Shown: positions 47,901 to 56,257 of the stretch, piece by piece | Position numbering within the stretch: position 1 is the first letter of the stretch | Layout of the letters: every line of letters begins with the position of its first letter | DNA from: a virus | Virus record (IMG/VR): IMGVR_UViG_3300027762_000008 | Span: 6,792-70,791 of that record | Direction: 5' to 3' (one strand) | DNA: 64,000 nucleotides | Translations under genes and position numbers: made by a program | The notes under the pieces: model-generated | Told to the model about the DNA's origin: nothing | The model's database searches: none | The model's input: the letters and a program-made list of their open reading frames with translations, nothing else

Positions 47901-48394
47901 TGGAGCGCGAAGCCTTGGCAAATGATCGACTCGAGGCAGACGAAACAGCGTTCTTTGCTCTCAACAACGCCGCCATCGGCGGATACACCGGAAACTGGTC
48001 CGCTGCCGCCGCCATGCTCGGACTCAAGGGCGAGCTCGGAAGGATTGCAGATGCTAATGCAGAGGAAACCAAGAAACGCCTCATGCAGGAATATGAATGG
48101 CTGGGCGAGTCCCCTGAATCCGCCGAGGTGTTCGCCAATCTGACCTTTAAACTCGCCAACTGGATGGACGAGGAAGACCTCATAACCATGTACGGGCACC
48201 AGACCTACGGAGAGAAGGTCAAATACCAAGACGTCATCGACAGATTCCTCAAGGCTCAGAAGGATTACGTCCGCCCGGAGAAGATGGACAAGCAGCAGGA
48301 GCTGTCGGACGTCGAAGCGTTAATGTTGAAAGATACGGCCAGGGAAAGATTCCGAAGACAGATTCTGAACCGGCTTAAAGCGTCTGAGAAATAA
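41978..48394 (+). CDS. large internal virion/ejection protein (T7 gp16-like position)
   Basis: 2138 aa, mostly helical, Gly/Ala-rich segments near aa 290-380; last gene of the structural operon; no enzyme motif recognised. Confidence 0.7.
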   Translation: MADYLDEEKPIGYQYPEELESAIGPITPIETKEEREARLAAKRSQTAHFVPISPESATKIKQYWDEKGGDGYFNRPTTYLEEKFQGLVGKMFNKDYAPPVIPKKLDEWMDTSGDTPRVDYQALRLVGIPPEIKHGAMADVAQNVYGVAKKIALSGNDIKEKPDDTFPIRLGKTLTQTVDQFAGVFGSSVYEHLKSGGRFDDIYLPSVLDDEERTEIQNALSAGKPGAILRGGITVSLRPFQGAQQANISDVYDHVAKEKIKFVWDQINDATDTALTKDAALVANFIPVLGYLKWLGKAGEASKAVKAVSAVANPLTAATQALKGGKSLGLPALVGLSAAEAALMQRRHLSESAQQEELAGRGLSAVFGGGLTGALGAVGVALNKGSKAIAARRAETQNRAAQEVGKLVAELPPEQVHNIAMGLEDFPEPKVDFPAQQKAEGFAVPARPVVPVAADPQYVKEVKAGLIVHALDKEKQLSADPRIIQQVFTSLPHNKKLQDLATIRRQQAYGENPQQAKMRLALLNVLNQTEDSVAEGQTLIKKAMDKQLELPPAHQESIQSNVNDLDAISDLLDDNTFAKITAGTDQEFLAAVRAVAPNRAKAVELQLGRISDADLMQREFVDIFRALPPDKVTDVAAPRNSVSHRFLDSIHNWWDKRVKSQEDIDAVLDKSNKLGISVENQKVSSVQQLDSVITKIQKQTPVTGEGADIGHSTMLDSLASLRDDMEAAARNGTTIDPLHSTILAKDAKNFMDAGELEAIQTNITKFNELQEQRLLVHDQAAQILVDKVYMNRMKMGQKKDKISTTDVILQRLTSGKSADEIYEGLNQYFTKYARDMKIDPANLRDVTGDFKIVADSMAGGSSIPDAVINRFIVNSGRFIESVRPSSSGRLRRFGRALEQYNREAHWLDTVSDMIELGYDDPVKFAAQIVPRLGHIAEHARSSSLLRRFELLKAAGHDIYMKAMREIDLPETAKSQMYEAQAGGLTAKLRLAMNPNFVFRTESHIQNVFKATKEWDIALFKAMNDALAEAGITPNKEFLLGHFLTPHNNFDKSGYLLKLGIDAIGAEKWAKIWNRRKNFSNSKFSAIANFVSNTEYIMGTLNEELGRGLLHEEQAFAGGIKTATESISNNFKVEFSLLLQKLTREWAEPEFKYGFNKLQGSKGILAVNGFFYGFDNNTRKMINTPLGEWHRHAFIRNNAYTAQQIQRGDKVGFIRDTQKFLRNFKEYMDDDALRKQTASALWDYFYDAGGGPNNRTVMLDAQAWKSIWEYIQFQSVTLNKAYTLAAEAVANNNEKMKSLGYNIAMPDWRQYYVYEPSKNRYDLHEFTDRLFRDMDTTRWFGSSMRGQLEKAERIVLDGPSYENLAHPAQIIYDYVHHNLMSAHTIHSRTHLENFGMLIRDQGYINLSDWVMDLAQNKLRGSGKNEMFDGRTIAEQLENWLVTKRLTRAVTLLAQPAAVVLGVTRIANALNSPKSIIKNIVQASLESWIVRGPVKGLKTSMGTVYNTVKNYFWQLNRPLPNKPLPFESLRREVLEADARGEFISGRDISPGTAEAIYTAKRGLSDNYDRARLYSVQLMTSTVGEVPIPRRKGGLTRLALGARLAEDAMEDWVRKAMKERGETSISMAHLQLGGRIHDAALVHLYRDGTQKAYEYLMKEMPSMRKNLVWGFVTEMERGLKQGNPNFVTLDFLYTFHALQNGRFSPTAAPQLVRSPYIRSTLPQLFMFANAKALRPFRYLDLIRNIRGNVWEKSTSFMFKTRGMPSQMQKRMYLTLIPGLGIPTALFSWQFGLGSMVPESVADKMRENTEPGSFLRRWVEGSGYPLTEWGPLPGFFADTRSKTVPVGMTAALQNVAMNYKKVGEAVQSAWYHTMRSFGEVNDAWEDYLQGVPGVNTKLERLVSKRRAIMEIEDVNVREAEEEKINTEMLELQKHFEDTVLPKALDYIFANVPALDFVDSVGKPLSFLKVINTPFYRAHLEREALANDRLEADETAFFALNNAAIGGYTGNWSAAAAMLGLKGELGRIADANAEETKKRLMQEYEWLGESPESAEVFANLTFKLANWMDEEDLITMYGHQTYGEKVKYQDVIDRFLKAQKDYVRPEKMDKQQELSDVEALMLKDTARERFRRQILNRLKASEK

Positions 48395-49616
48395 TCTTCT
48401 CTTTCGCTTTGAGCACCCGGGCTATCTTGGTGTCCACACCCTCTCGGACAATGTCCACCACATGGCAGGTATGCTTCTGGCCTATTCTGCGAATCCTTCC
48501 CACAGCCTGTGCATTCATGGCAGGAATCCATGATAAGTCATTCCGCACCACAGTGTGCGAAGCCGTAAGCGTCAGTCCGGTACCCATCGCTCCGATAGTG
48601 CCTACTAGGAAGGGATATTTGCCCTGCTGGAAGTAGTTCACGAACCTGTCCCTGTCCGACATGGTTGTGGCTCCGTGGATCAACAGCGGAGTCCCAAGCC
48701 CATCGGCGAGATCCTTCGCTGGCTGCACGTGGTCGGTGAAGATAACCAGCGGACCTTGGTCATTGCTGACTAAATGCTGGCAGTATTCCAGCGTGAACGG
48801 CACCTTGTTCTCAGCCGACTCGAGCTTGGCGGACGAGATATGCCCAGGAACAGAGTTGAATTGCTCCATGGTTTCCCATCCGGATTCCAGCTCCTTGTCG
48901 CAGAGGAGCAGGGGGCTGACTTCGGCCTCCACATCCTCGTAGATCACTTCCGGGATGTCGGCGAGCTCGGACAACCGATGCCGGAAATAGATACCCGACA
49001 ACCAGTTCTTCAGCTCCGGCAGATTCCTCATTCCCTCAAACTGGGTGATGACTCTTCCGCCGAACCGCTTCTCCACCTTGTTGCTGAACGTGGTGTTGAA
49101 AATCCACTGATTCGGAAACGCCTTCTTGAATCCCCGAGGAGCTCCGTACTCGATAAGCAGGAGCAGAGAATACAACTCCGGGATCCGGTTCCTCATCGGG
49201 GTTCCCGACATCAGAATCAGCTTCTTCGGCTTGAAATCCTTCACATACGAATGCAGAGCCATTGTCCGTCGGGCTTTGATGTTGCAAAAGAGGTGGCATT
49301 CATCGACCGCCAGGGCGTCAAGATTATGGAACAGCGAAGCATCCTTGTGAACCTGATCCGCTGAGATAATCGTGATGTTTCCCTTCTCAGGATAGATACG
49401 GGATTCCTTGCCGGTGAACTTCTTTATCTCCGCTCTCCAGTTTCGACACAGGAAAGCGGGACACACCACCAACGACTTCGTGGTATTTTCCAGCATGGCC
49501 ATAGCCGGAAGGGTTTTACCTGTTCCGGCTTCTGAGCCATTCAAACAATAGGGGTGGTCTTGATAATGCTGGATAGACTTCTTCTGGTGCTCAAACAGTA
49601 CTACTTCCGGTAACAT
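48375..49616 (-). CDS. SNF2/HARP-like superfamily 2 helicase
   Basis: EAGTGKT, LVVCPA, VDECH, MSGTPMRN, GTGLTLT and QAVGRIRRIGQ motifs. Confidence 0.92.
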   Translation of the reverse strand: MLPEVVLFEHQKKSIQHYQDHPYCLNGSEAGTGKTLPAMAMLENTTKSLVVCPAFLCRNWRAEIKKFTGKESRIYPEKGNITIISADQVHKDASLFHNLDALAVDECHLFCNIKARRTMALHSYVKDFKPKKLILMSGTPMRNRIPELYSLLLLIEYGAPRGFKKAFPNQWIFNTTFSNKVEKRFGGRVITQFEGMRNLPELKNWLSGIYFRHRLSELADIPEVIYEDVEAEVSPLLLCDKELESGWETMEQFNSVPGHISSAKLESAENKVPFTLEYCQHLVSNDQGPLVIFTDHVQPAKDLADGLGTPLLIHGATTMSDRDRFVNYFQQGKYPFLVGTIGAMGTGLTLTASHTVVRNDLSWIPAMNAQAVGRIRRIGQKHTCHVVDIVREGVDTKIARVLKAKEKIISQTL

Positions 49617-49625
49617 TGTTGTAGT

Positions 49626-50060
49626 TCAACCCCGCACAACGTTCGTTCTTCGTTCCATGGTGAGTCTGTCGTACTGCCCGTCGGTATTCGTGTGGAGAGA
49701 AATATCTCCAAACTTCACTGTCCACTGTGCTATGGAATCTTTCGCCACCTTTCGGCAGCGGGTGTCATCCCAGTTGGGAGGAAACCAGAAGTTGAATATC
49801 CAGCCCGGATACGTCTTGCGAACCAGGAAATGGGCATCCGGATCCTCGTCTATTCTCTCAATCCGGATCTCTTCCCCGGTTCTGGCCACCACAAGTTTAC
49901 ACCCGAGAACCTCTGGCTCCGGCTCGTCCATCTCGAATTCCTCGACGTCATACCCACTCAGACCGGAGACATATAGCTCCGCTTTCACCTTGTCAGAGAA
50001 GCAGCGGACGATATGATAATCGGAGTAGTACCCGGCGGTGACCACATATACCTTAGCCAT
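49626..50060 (-). CDS. conserved phage hypothetical protein
   Basis: Start MAKVYVVTAGYYSDYHIVRCFSDKVKAE, a common small phage domain. Confidence 0.65.
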   Translation of the reverse strand: MAKVYVVTAGYYSDYHIVRCFSDKVKAELYVSGLSGYDVEEFEMDEPEPEVLGCKLVVARTGEEIRIERIDEDPDAHFLVRKTYPGWIFNFWFPPNWDDTRCRKVAKDSIAQWTVKFGDISLHTNTDGQYDRLTMERRTNVVRG

Positions 50061-50805
50061 TTTGCTTCGCCTTAATCGCAGCGTCCCACAGTCCGAGATC
50101 CTTCGCCTTGAACGAGCTCGCCACCAACAGAAGAGTTCCAGCACACGGGTTACCGTTGATCATAATGATTTGGGTGCCGTGAATCTTGGCAACAATAGCC
50201 TTCGCAAACTCGATTGCCTTGGTGGACGTCTTCCACGAGGGCTCAACCTCATCCAGAACCCTTTGCACCAGGAGAGCGTGTTCCCTGTTGGCCTTGTCGT
50301 AATAAACTACCATCTCCTCAACCTTGGCCTCGACCACGGGAGCAGGTTCTGCAGCAACCGGGGCCGGTGCCACTTCTACTGCTCCCGCAGGAGCCTCTTC
50401 CACGGCAGGAGCTGGAGGAGCGACCTTCGCCGGGCGTCCACGCTTCTTGGTGGTTTCCACTTCCGTGTTGGGAACAGATGAAGGAGCAGGGGAATCACCA
50501 GCGTCAACCGATGACCTCGTGAGAGAAACGACAGTCTCCACAACATGCGGGACTGACGAGTTACCCCCAAGGAACTGCTCCTTCGCCGCCCTCTTCTTCT
50601 CTTCTACCCATGCCTCAATGACCGCAGCAGACGGCTTGTTGTTAGGGTCGAATTGAAGAAAGAACTCAAAATCTTCTGTGTAGTACTCTTCGATGTCAAC
50701 GTCCTTATTTCGTTGACCCTTCGTCAGGTGAAGTCCCAGGCGCACCATGCTGAAATAAATGTCAGTGCCAAATCTCTCTACCTTAGTTTCCATAATTCTG
50801 GCCAT
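50053..50805 (-). CDS. hypothetical protein with AT-hook-like motif and Ala/Pro linker
   Basis: KKRGRPAK, APAPVAAEPAP linker; position next to the nuclease/SSB/PolA cluster. Confidence 0.7.
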   Translation of the reverse strand: MARIMETKVERFGTDIYFSMVRLGLHLTKGQRNKDVDIEEYYTEDFEFFLQFDPNNKPSAAVIEAWVEEKKRAAKEQFLGGNSSVPHVVETVVSLTRSSVDAGDSPAPSSVPNTEVETTKKRGRPAKVAPPAPAVEEAPAGAVEVAPAPVAAEPAPVVEAKVEEMVVYYDKANREHALLVQRVLDEVEPSWKTSTKAIEFAKAIVAKIHGTQIIMINGNPCAGTLLLVASSFKAKDLGLWDAAIKAKQNG

Positions 50806-50806
50806 G

Positions 50807-51712
50807 TTATTTGTTCTCCATTAAAAGGTCTACAGGGGCTTTTGTTCTGTCGTTAATGTTGCTCAGGGTGAACACTTTCACTGAATCCCTGCACTCAGTA
50901 AAGGTCTTCCCGTGGCACCTGCTCCAATACTCGCAGGGGCGATTGTAGTCAATGCACGACTGGCGGTTGCAGATAGCTGTCTCGGACGAGAGAGAATCCA
51001 TCTCCACCTTCGCTTGCATCAGATCCTCAAACGCCTCGGTGTAATCCAATTCTCCGGCGTTCACCTCAACGTCATACATCTCAGGCGCAGCCCGAAGACT
51101 GTATGCGTCGAAGGATTCTCCCGTCTTCGGCACATGCTTCGGCTTCGTCACCACCCGGTATCTCACCCCGGCAAATTTTGCCGTGTCGAGCCCGTACTTA
51201 AGAGCCACCTGCCCTGCAAAATTTGCATACAGGTTGAGCTGTGGGTCACGGTGCAGCCGGGCGAAGAGGCTCTGAACCAGCATCCCAGAAGTCTTAAGGT
51301 CGCAAATCCACCAGAAGCCGTTGGAGTCCACCAAGATGGCGTCGATATATCCGACGATGTCATCGTTGGAGACTTCCATTTCGAGCCCGATGCACTTGAG
51401 CCGGGATACCAAGTGAAGCTTGTAGTAACTCATCAAACAAGCATAGACCTTAAACACGTCCTCCAATTCAAGATTCTGCTCTTTACAGGCAGTATTGAAT
51501 ATGTCCATCGTGAACAAAGACTTCTCATGCTTTGTGAGCTCGCAGACCTTATGGAACGCCGAACCGAACCGCAGCGCAACCGCGTCGTCGGTATAGTCCG
51601 GGTCTTTCGGTACATGCAGCTTGTACTTCAGGTATGCCTTCCTGCGGCACTTCCTGAGCATGGACATAGCCGAATACGAAATCTTCTTATCAATCTCTTG
51701 CAATATCTCCAT
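50807..51712 (-). CDS. PD-(D/E)XK (RecB/Cas4-like) exonuclease with predicted Fe-S staple
   Basis: ISYSAM...CRRK, FGSAFH, GYIDAI, ICDLKT, QLNLYA, and C-terminal CIDYNRPCEYWSRC. Confidence 0.88.
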   Translation of the reverse strand: MEILQEIDKKISYSAMSMLRKCRRKAYLKYKLHVPKDPDYTDDAVALRFGSAFHKVCELTKHEKSLFTMDIFNTACKEQNLELEDVFKVYACLMSYYKLHLVSRLKCIGLEMEVSNDDIVGYIDAILVDSNGFWWICDLKTSGMLVQSLFARLHRDPQLNLYANFAGQVALKYGLDTAKFAGVRYRVVTKPKHVPKTGESFDAYSLRAAPEMYDVEVNAGELDYTEAFEDLMQAKVEMDSLSSETAICNRQSCIDYNRPCEYWSRCHGKTFTECRDSVKVFTLSNINDRTKAPVDLLMENK

Positions 51713-51723
51713 CGGGAGACTCC

Positions 51724-52113
51724 TTACAGCAGAGGATTATCTTCGCCCATTTCCGGTGGAGTCGAAATGGTTTCAAGCTGGGGACGGGAGCCACGGCCAG
51801 CTCGAGAAGGATCTCTCTCGATCTTGAACTGGTTGGATTCCTTCCCTGCCATCGGTCCCTTGGTGAGAGTGATGCGCCCGGCGAATGTGATGCGAACGAA
51901 GTCTTCCTTGTTGACGGAGTGGGACAAAGCATAGTCCAATTGACCGGCCTTGTTCAGAACGGTAGTCCTGCCATTCTCGTCGATAAAATAGTGCTGTGGG
52001 CCGAACTTTCCCGGCTTGGTTTCAATGTACCAGCCCTCGACCAGAATCTCCCCATCTTTACACTCTTTGTACTTGGGGTAATTAAACTTTCCGCCTACTT
52101 CCTGAAAACTCAT
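51724..52113 (-). CDS. putative single-stranded DNA-binding protein (OB fold)
   Basis: Start MSFQEV (GGAGG RBS); beta-rich OB-like pattern with acidic/Pro tail EDNPLL; position between the PolA and nuclease genes. Confidence 0.6.
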   Translation of the reverse strand: MSFQEVGGKFNYPKYKECKDGEILVEGWYIETKPGKFGPQHYFIDENGRTTVLNKAGQLDYALSHSVNKEDFVRITFAGRITLTKGPMAGKESNQFKIERDPSRAGRGSRPQLETISTPPEMGEDNPLL

Positions 52114-52202
52114 AAACCCTCCAGAAACTGATTGCGTTGTGGGAACTATACCCAAAGACGCTCGTTGTTACTGTCGAAGCCGACTATCGGCTCGACTCAA
52201 AA

Positions 52203-52231
52203 ACAATAGAATACTTTGTGTCCGGTGTCAA
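52203..52231 (-). promoter_or_regulatory. sigma70-like promoter upstream of the SSB-like gene
   Basis: TTGACA-17 nt-TATTGT, followed by a hairpin at 52173-52196. Confidence 0.7.
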
Positions 52232-52233
52232 TA

Positions 52234-52512
52234 TCACCCTTTGAAATCCTTAAGGCAATAATTTCCCTCGGCGTATTTTCCCACCGCTCCCAGGGCGGTG
52301 GTGTTGGCGTGAAGCCGGAGCGGAGGAGGAGCCAAGTTGGTACCCTCAACCATTGAGCTAATATCAATTGCATTCTCCCAGTCTTCGATGGCATCACCGA
52401 TGCCGAAGTCCGGGCTGGACGGTACCGGGTCGTGAACATTTCCAACCTTGATGCCTACGCTAATCTTGTCTTTACCCGCCTGAATATCCAGGTGATCCAA
52501 TACTTCGCTCAT
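52234..52512 (-). CDS. hypothetical protein
   Basis: Start MSEVLD right after the polA stop; GGAG RBS. Confidence 0.5.
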   Translation of the reverse strand: MSEVLDHLDIQAGKDKISVGIKVGNVHDPVPSSPDFGIGDAIEDWENAIDISSMVEGTNLAPPPLRLHANTTALGAVGKYAEGNYCLKDFKG

Positions 52513-52514
52513 GC

Positions 52515-54584
52515 TTACTCCAATCCTGTTGCTAATGGCCAATCGTTAAACTCTTCTGGGGTCATAAAGTACTTCGCCAGCATTGCGTGAATTCTCTCTC
52601 CTCCTTCTTCAACATACTCCTCCCGGCTGTTCCATGTCTTGGCATCCATCCGAATATCCCTGCCGTAGAAGTCCTTGAACGCTCTGTTCATGCACTCCTT
52701 GAGCACCTTAATCTGCTCCGGCTTGTCCTCCCGATGGATGACGTACAGAGCATCATGCAGCGGAGCCACCACGTGAATCCCGGCTCGCTGGGCATACCGA
52801 ACCGCTCTCCGGAGAATTGCTCCTCCCGCACCCTGAATCGGAAAATTGGCGACACTCATCTGGTTTGGGTTATCTGTGAACAACCAAAATCCGTCCCGAG
52901 TCTTGAGAGGCTTTCTCTCCGAATAGTCGTCCAGCTGATCCCGGCTCCAGTCCCAGTAGGTGGAGAAGGTTTCCTTGTGGTGACCATAAAGCTCTCGGGC
53001 TTGGTCTTCAGTAATGGTCTTGTCTCCGGTATCCGCAATCAGCTTACGGTGTAATTTAGGTGCGCCCATACCGAATTGAAGTCCTAGTACTGTAGCCTTT
53101 AACTGTGTACGTAATTGCGGGTGGCTGCTCTTCGTGGCGGTTGCCGGGAGCACTCCCGCCAGCACACCGAAGTTGACGTAGACGTCCGGCTTTCCTCCCG
53201 CCGTGGAGGTGTCGTACGCTGCCACCATGTTCTCATCCTGCGATTCACACGCAGCGATAATGAATTCCTCGGAGGAATAGTCCACTGCGGTGTAGCACCA
53301 CCCAGGCGGCGGCTTGAGGCAGGAGCGAATCCACTTGGCCTGAGCCAACAGAAAGCTTCTTGCTGGTGGTGCGTTTCTTCCCGTCTGAGTTCCATAGGGA
53401 TTCCAGTACACCCGCAGCCGACCGTCACTCCCGATGCGTTGAAAGATGGATTCCTTCCCTTCGGTGGAAACCATATCCTCCCCGTCCTCTTCGCCAATGA
53501 TGACTTCCTCGAACCCCGTCTTGCTGGTGTAGGATTTGGTCTGGCTGTCGAAGTTGCGGATGCGGGTCAGCTCTTTCACTTCAGGATAGAGTTCCTCATA
53601 TTCCTTGAGCACATCCTTGGCGAAGGAGAACTTCCCGGTCTTTGCGCTCTTCGGCCACTCTTTGTCGAGTCCCTTGGCTTTGACGAATTCCTCCTTCTTG
53701 GCGTCGGAGTAAACCCACTCGCCCTTCTTGTTCTTCAGGTAGAACGGGAAGAGGGTGTCGCAGAGCATGGTGATCCACTCATCCAGAATGGCCTTCCTCG
53801 AGTCGGCGATGCGGCGCAGCCGGGCGGTATTTACCGGCATTCCGGTGCGCTCGATAAGAGCCAATCTTGCCGACCATTCCCCCCGCACCAAAGCGTCGTT
53901 GAGATACGTCTGAAACGGCTGTCCCGTGAGAGCCCGTATCTCCTTCTGCAGGATTCGAAACAGGTCGGGAAGGTGAACCACGTCAGAGGCGGCGTACTTG
54001 ATAATCTCTTCCCTCTCCCACGGGGAATAGTTCCCCCGGAGAATGATGTCCCGCATGTGATTCTTGTGCTGTAAATCCGGCTCGATTCCCAGGAACGCCC
54101 AGAGGGTGGATGACAAGTCGATGTTGGTCTTGGCATTGTTGCGCTTCCTCGGGTCGGTCTTCTCGAGGTGAAGCGTCTTCCCCCGGTCGTCCACAATCGG
54201 AGGATACGAAGTCTTTTTGTTTCCCTTGGAGTCAACGTACTTGCCGTAAAGTCGCTTGTAGTTTCCGTTCCTCACCTGCTTGGTTTCGGTCAGGAGGTCT
54301 ACAAACTCCCAGTCGGTAACCTTGAGTCTCTTCTCTTCAGAGCAGAGGCTCATGATGGCACTGGCTTCGGCGATGATATTGTACGACAGGATTACCGCAC
54401 CCTTCTCCATGAGCTCCTCGAGCATCCGGAAGAGTGCTATCTTCTCATCGTAATTTCCCTGCAGCCATCGGACTTCTTCGAGGATGGTCACTCCATCCTT
54501 TCGGACAAGAATAGCGCAGCAGACCACATCCATTGCTGATTCACTACTCTGACGATACTCGAAATCAAGATAAATATAGTACAT
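52515..54584 (-). CDS. polA: family A DNA polymerase with 3'-5' exonuclease domain
   Basis: Exo motifs LDFEY and YAASDV; TQTGRN; motif A DYSSEE; motif B RTQLKATVLGLQFG; NFPIQG; motif C LHDA. Confidence 0.93.
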   Translation of the reverse strand: MYYIYLDFEYRQSSESAMDVVCCAILVRKDGVTILEEVRWLQGNYDEKIALFRMLEELMEKGAVILSYNIIAEASAIMSLCSEEKRLKVTDWEFVDLLTETKQVRNGNYKRLYGKYVDSKGNKKTSYPPIVDDRGKTLHLEKTDPRKRNNAKTNIDLSSTLWAFLGIEPDLQHKNHMRDIILRGNYSPWEREEIIKYAASDVVHLPDLFRILQKEIRALTGQPFQTYLNDALVRGEWSARLALIERTGMPVNTARLRRIADSRKAILDEWITMLCDTLFPFYLKNKKGEWVYSDAKKEEFVKAKGLDKEWPKSAKTGKFSFAKDVLKEYEELYPEVKELTRIRNFDSQTKSYTSKTGFEEVIIGEEDGEDMVSTEGKESIFQRIGSDGRLRVYWNPYGTQTGRNAPPARSFLLAQAKWIRSCLKPPPGWCYTAVDYSSEEFIIAACESQDENMVAAYDTSTAGGKPDVYVNFGVLAGVLPATATKSSHPQLRTQLKATVLGLQFGMGAPKLHRKLIADTGDKTITEDQARELYGHHKETFSTYWDWSRDQLDDYSERKPLKTRDGFWLFTDNPNQMSVANFPIQGAGGAILRRAVRYAQRAGIHVVAPLHDALYVIHREDKPEQIKVLKECMNRAFKDFYGRDIRMDAKTWNSREEYVEEGGERIHAMLAKYFMTPEEFNDWPLATGLE

Positions 54585-54587
54585 TGT

Positions 54588-54734
54588 CTATCCACATGTG
54601 CATTTAGAAAAGAAAAGTATAGCTTTATAGATGCAAAATAGTCCGAACCCAAGTATGCCCGTCACCCCGGCTAGGTACAAAGTAATGATAGCAGGAAAAA
54701 TAACTTTGTCTATCCACTCTTCCCGTCCGATCAT
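54588..54734 (-). CDS. 48-aa membrane peptide
   Basis: Not in the ORF track; MIGREEWIDKVIFPAIITLYLAGVTGILGFGLFCIY... Confidence 0.5.
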   Translation of the reverse strand: MIGREEWIDKVIFPAIITLYLAGVTGILGFGLFCIYKAILFFSKCTCG

Positions 54735-54851
54735 TTATTTCTTCTCCTTCTTAATCTCATCCAGTATCAATAGTGCGGCCAAAACCGCTGCGCCTAGAAC
54801 GATTCCCACCCCACAGATTGCAAGGTGATGATTCGAGAAAAGCTCATTCAT
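54735..54851 (-). CDS. 38-aa membrane peptide
   Basis: MNELFSNHHLAICGVGIVLGAAVLAALLIL...; starts within a junction repeat. Confidence 0.55.
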   Translation of the reverse strand: MNELFSNHHLAICGVGIVLGAAVLAALLILDEIKKEKK

Positions 54852-55023
54852 CGCTCTTCTCCTCGAGCTTCCCAAACAAGGCATCCAGAGCGAAATAGCA
54901 CCCCATAGCCAATTCCAATTCTCTCTGCGCATCCACGAGTGACAGTTCTTCCTTCAGATATTTAACCGTTGGGGTGTCCTTAAGAGCGTCTATTGCTTCG
55001 GCTATCTCTTTAGCATTGCTCAT
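54844..55023 (-). CDS. hypothetical protein
   Basis: MSNAKE...EKSDE; starts and ends in junction repeats. Confidence 0.6.
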   Translation of the reverse strand: MSNAKEIAEAIDALKDTPTVKYLKEELSLVDAQRELELAMGCYFALDALFGKLEEKSDE

Positions 55024-55112
55024 CGCTCTTCCTCCTCCTCGCTGTCTTCCACCTTCTCCGCAGCTTCTAGCCTTAACCATTCGTCGAACATATCGTCCAA
55101 AATCTCACTCAT
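55020..55112 (-). CDS. 30-aa acidic peptide
   Basis: Not in the ORF track; MSEILDDMFDEWLRLEAAEKVEDSEEEEER*, ATGA-coupled on both sides. Confidence 0.5.
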   Translation of the reverse strand: MSEILDDMFDEWLRLEAAEKVEDSEEEEER

Positions 55113-55384
55113 GCCTTCTCCTTCACATCTACCAAGCACACAAGACCTCTTGCCGGGCTCGCTCGCACCAAAGAAAACTCACACCGACTGATATGCCCAT
55201 ATCCAGACATCCGTATAAGCGGTTCCAGGAGGTTCGTGGGCTTGTCAACCACCACTCGGATGTGAGCATTCAGCAGTACCGTGTCTCTTCCTGCCAACAG
55301 GACAATCAATTTCCATCTAAGGTCGTGCCAAAAGTTTTTCACTGATGCCGTCGATATGAACCCCGTTGCATTACTATCACTCAT
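55109..55384 (-). CDS. hypothetical protein
   Basis: 91 aa; starts within a junction repeat. Confidence 0.6.
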   Translation of the reverse strand: MSDSNATGFISTASVKNFWHDLRWKLIVLLAGRDTVLLNAHIRVVVDKPTNLLEPLIRMSGYGHISRCEFSLVRASPARGLVCLVDVKEKA

Positions 55385-55778
55385 CGCTCTTCTCCCTCAA
55401 TGCTTTCTCAGCAATACAATAGGGGCAGTAATCAGCCTCATCTGGATCTGGATCATCTCCACAATCGCACATAGTGACGCCAAGTATGGAGTCAAGAGCG
55501 TTCCTTAGCCTGTCAATCCGATTTACCAACTCCAAATTATGTGCCTGTGCCGCATTGTGTTGGGCGAGCATCTTCTCCTCAAGCTCCTCGATCTCCTTTT
55601 GCAGTCCAAGTTTCTCTCCTCTCAGGCGGAATATCTCGGAGCTTTTCTCGGCACATATTTTCTTTAGCGATTCTTTGTCCAATACTTCGTCAGATATTTC
55701 ACTCTCCCTTTCTGGAACGTACATGCTATGTCTCCAACAGTCGCAACCAACATCTTCGCAAGTTAATTCTTTACTCAT
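55377..55778 (-). CDS. coiled-coil protein with Cys clusters
   Basis: CEDVGCDC, coiled coil, CDC...CPYC motifs. Confidence 0.65.
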   Translation of the reverse strand: MSKELTCEDVGCDCWRHSMYVPERESEISDEVLDKESLKKICAEKSSEIFRLRGEKLGLQKEIEELEEKMLAQHNAAQAHNLELVNRIDRLRNALDSILGVTMCDCGDDPDPDEADYCPYCIAEKALREKSDE

Positions 55779-56052
55779 CGCTCGGAACCTCCTGCATGCG
55801 TCCGTGTCTCTTCAAGAACTCGTCAACGTAGCTGTTGGTGGTGTTTGGTGCGAACTGGCGTTTTCCTGCTTCCAGATAGTCAAGGGCGAGGTTGAGGTTG
55901 TACTCCAGTTCGTCGATGCGCTTTTCTCGTTCGGACATCTTTGCGGCGATGCGTCGGAGATCGGTTACGAGCGACGGGTTTAGGAGTTTGCTTTGGTAAT
56001 TCCACGCAGCGATCCATGTAGCCAGTTCGTGCAGTGTATCTGAGTCACTCAT
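55771..56052 (-). CDS. hypothetical protein
   Basis: Start MSDSDT within a junction repeat. Confidence 0.6.
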   Translation of the reverse strand: MSDSDTLHELATWIAAWNYQSKLLNPSLVTDLRRIAAKMSEREKRIDELEYNLNLALDYLEAGKRQFAPNTTNSYVDEFLKRHGRMQEVPSDE

Positions 56053-56257
56053 CGCTCGGCACCTCCGGCCTTTGTTCGAGACTTTCCTTCCACCGTACAC
56101 CGGCAATCCTTGCGGGTGAACTTCTGCCGCTCGGTTCCCACTCTGGGCTATCATCGTAGAATGTTTTTGGCCTTCTCTCATACCACCACCACGCTCCATT
56201 GGCGTCCATCGCCAAATAATCCGCCCACGGCGGTGCATCTTTCCAATTAGGTTTCAT
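56045..56257 (-). CDS. conserved Trp-rich phage protein
   Basis: MKPNWKDAPPWADYLAMDANGAWWWYERRP...WKESLEQRP, a widespread small phage domain. Confidence 0.75.
   Translation of the reverse strand: MKPNWKDAPPWADYLAMDANGAWWWYERRPKTFYDDSPEWEPSGRSSPARIAGVRWKESLEQRPEVPSDE

Noticed and set aside
41978-48394. Virion RNA polymerase (N4- or crAss-like) in the 2138-aa protein
   Set aside because: No DxDGD/NADFDGD motif or single-subunit RNAP motifs were found by eye; a divergent enzyme cannot be excluded without a structural search.
48375-48394. Terminator or att site at the convergence of the two genome arms
   Set aside because: The genes simply overlap by 20 nt; no hairpin or repeat was seen.
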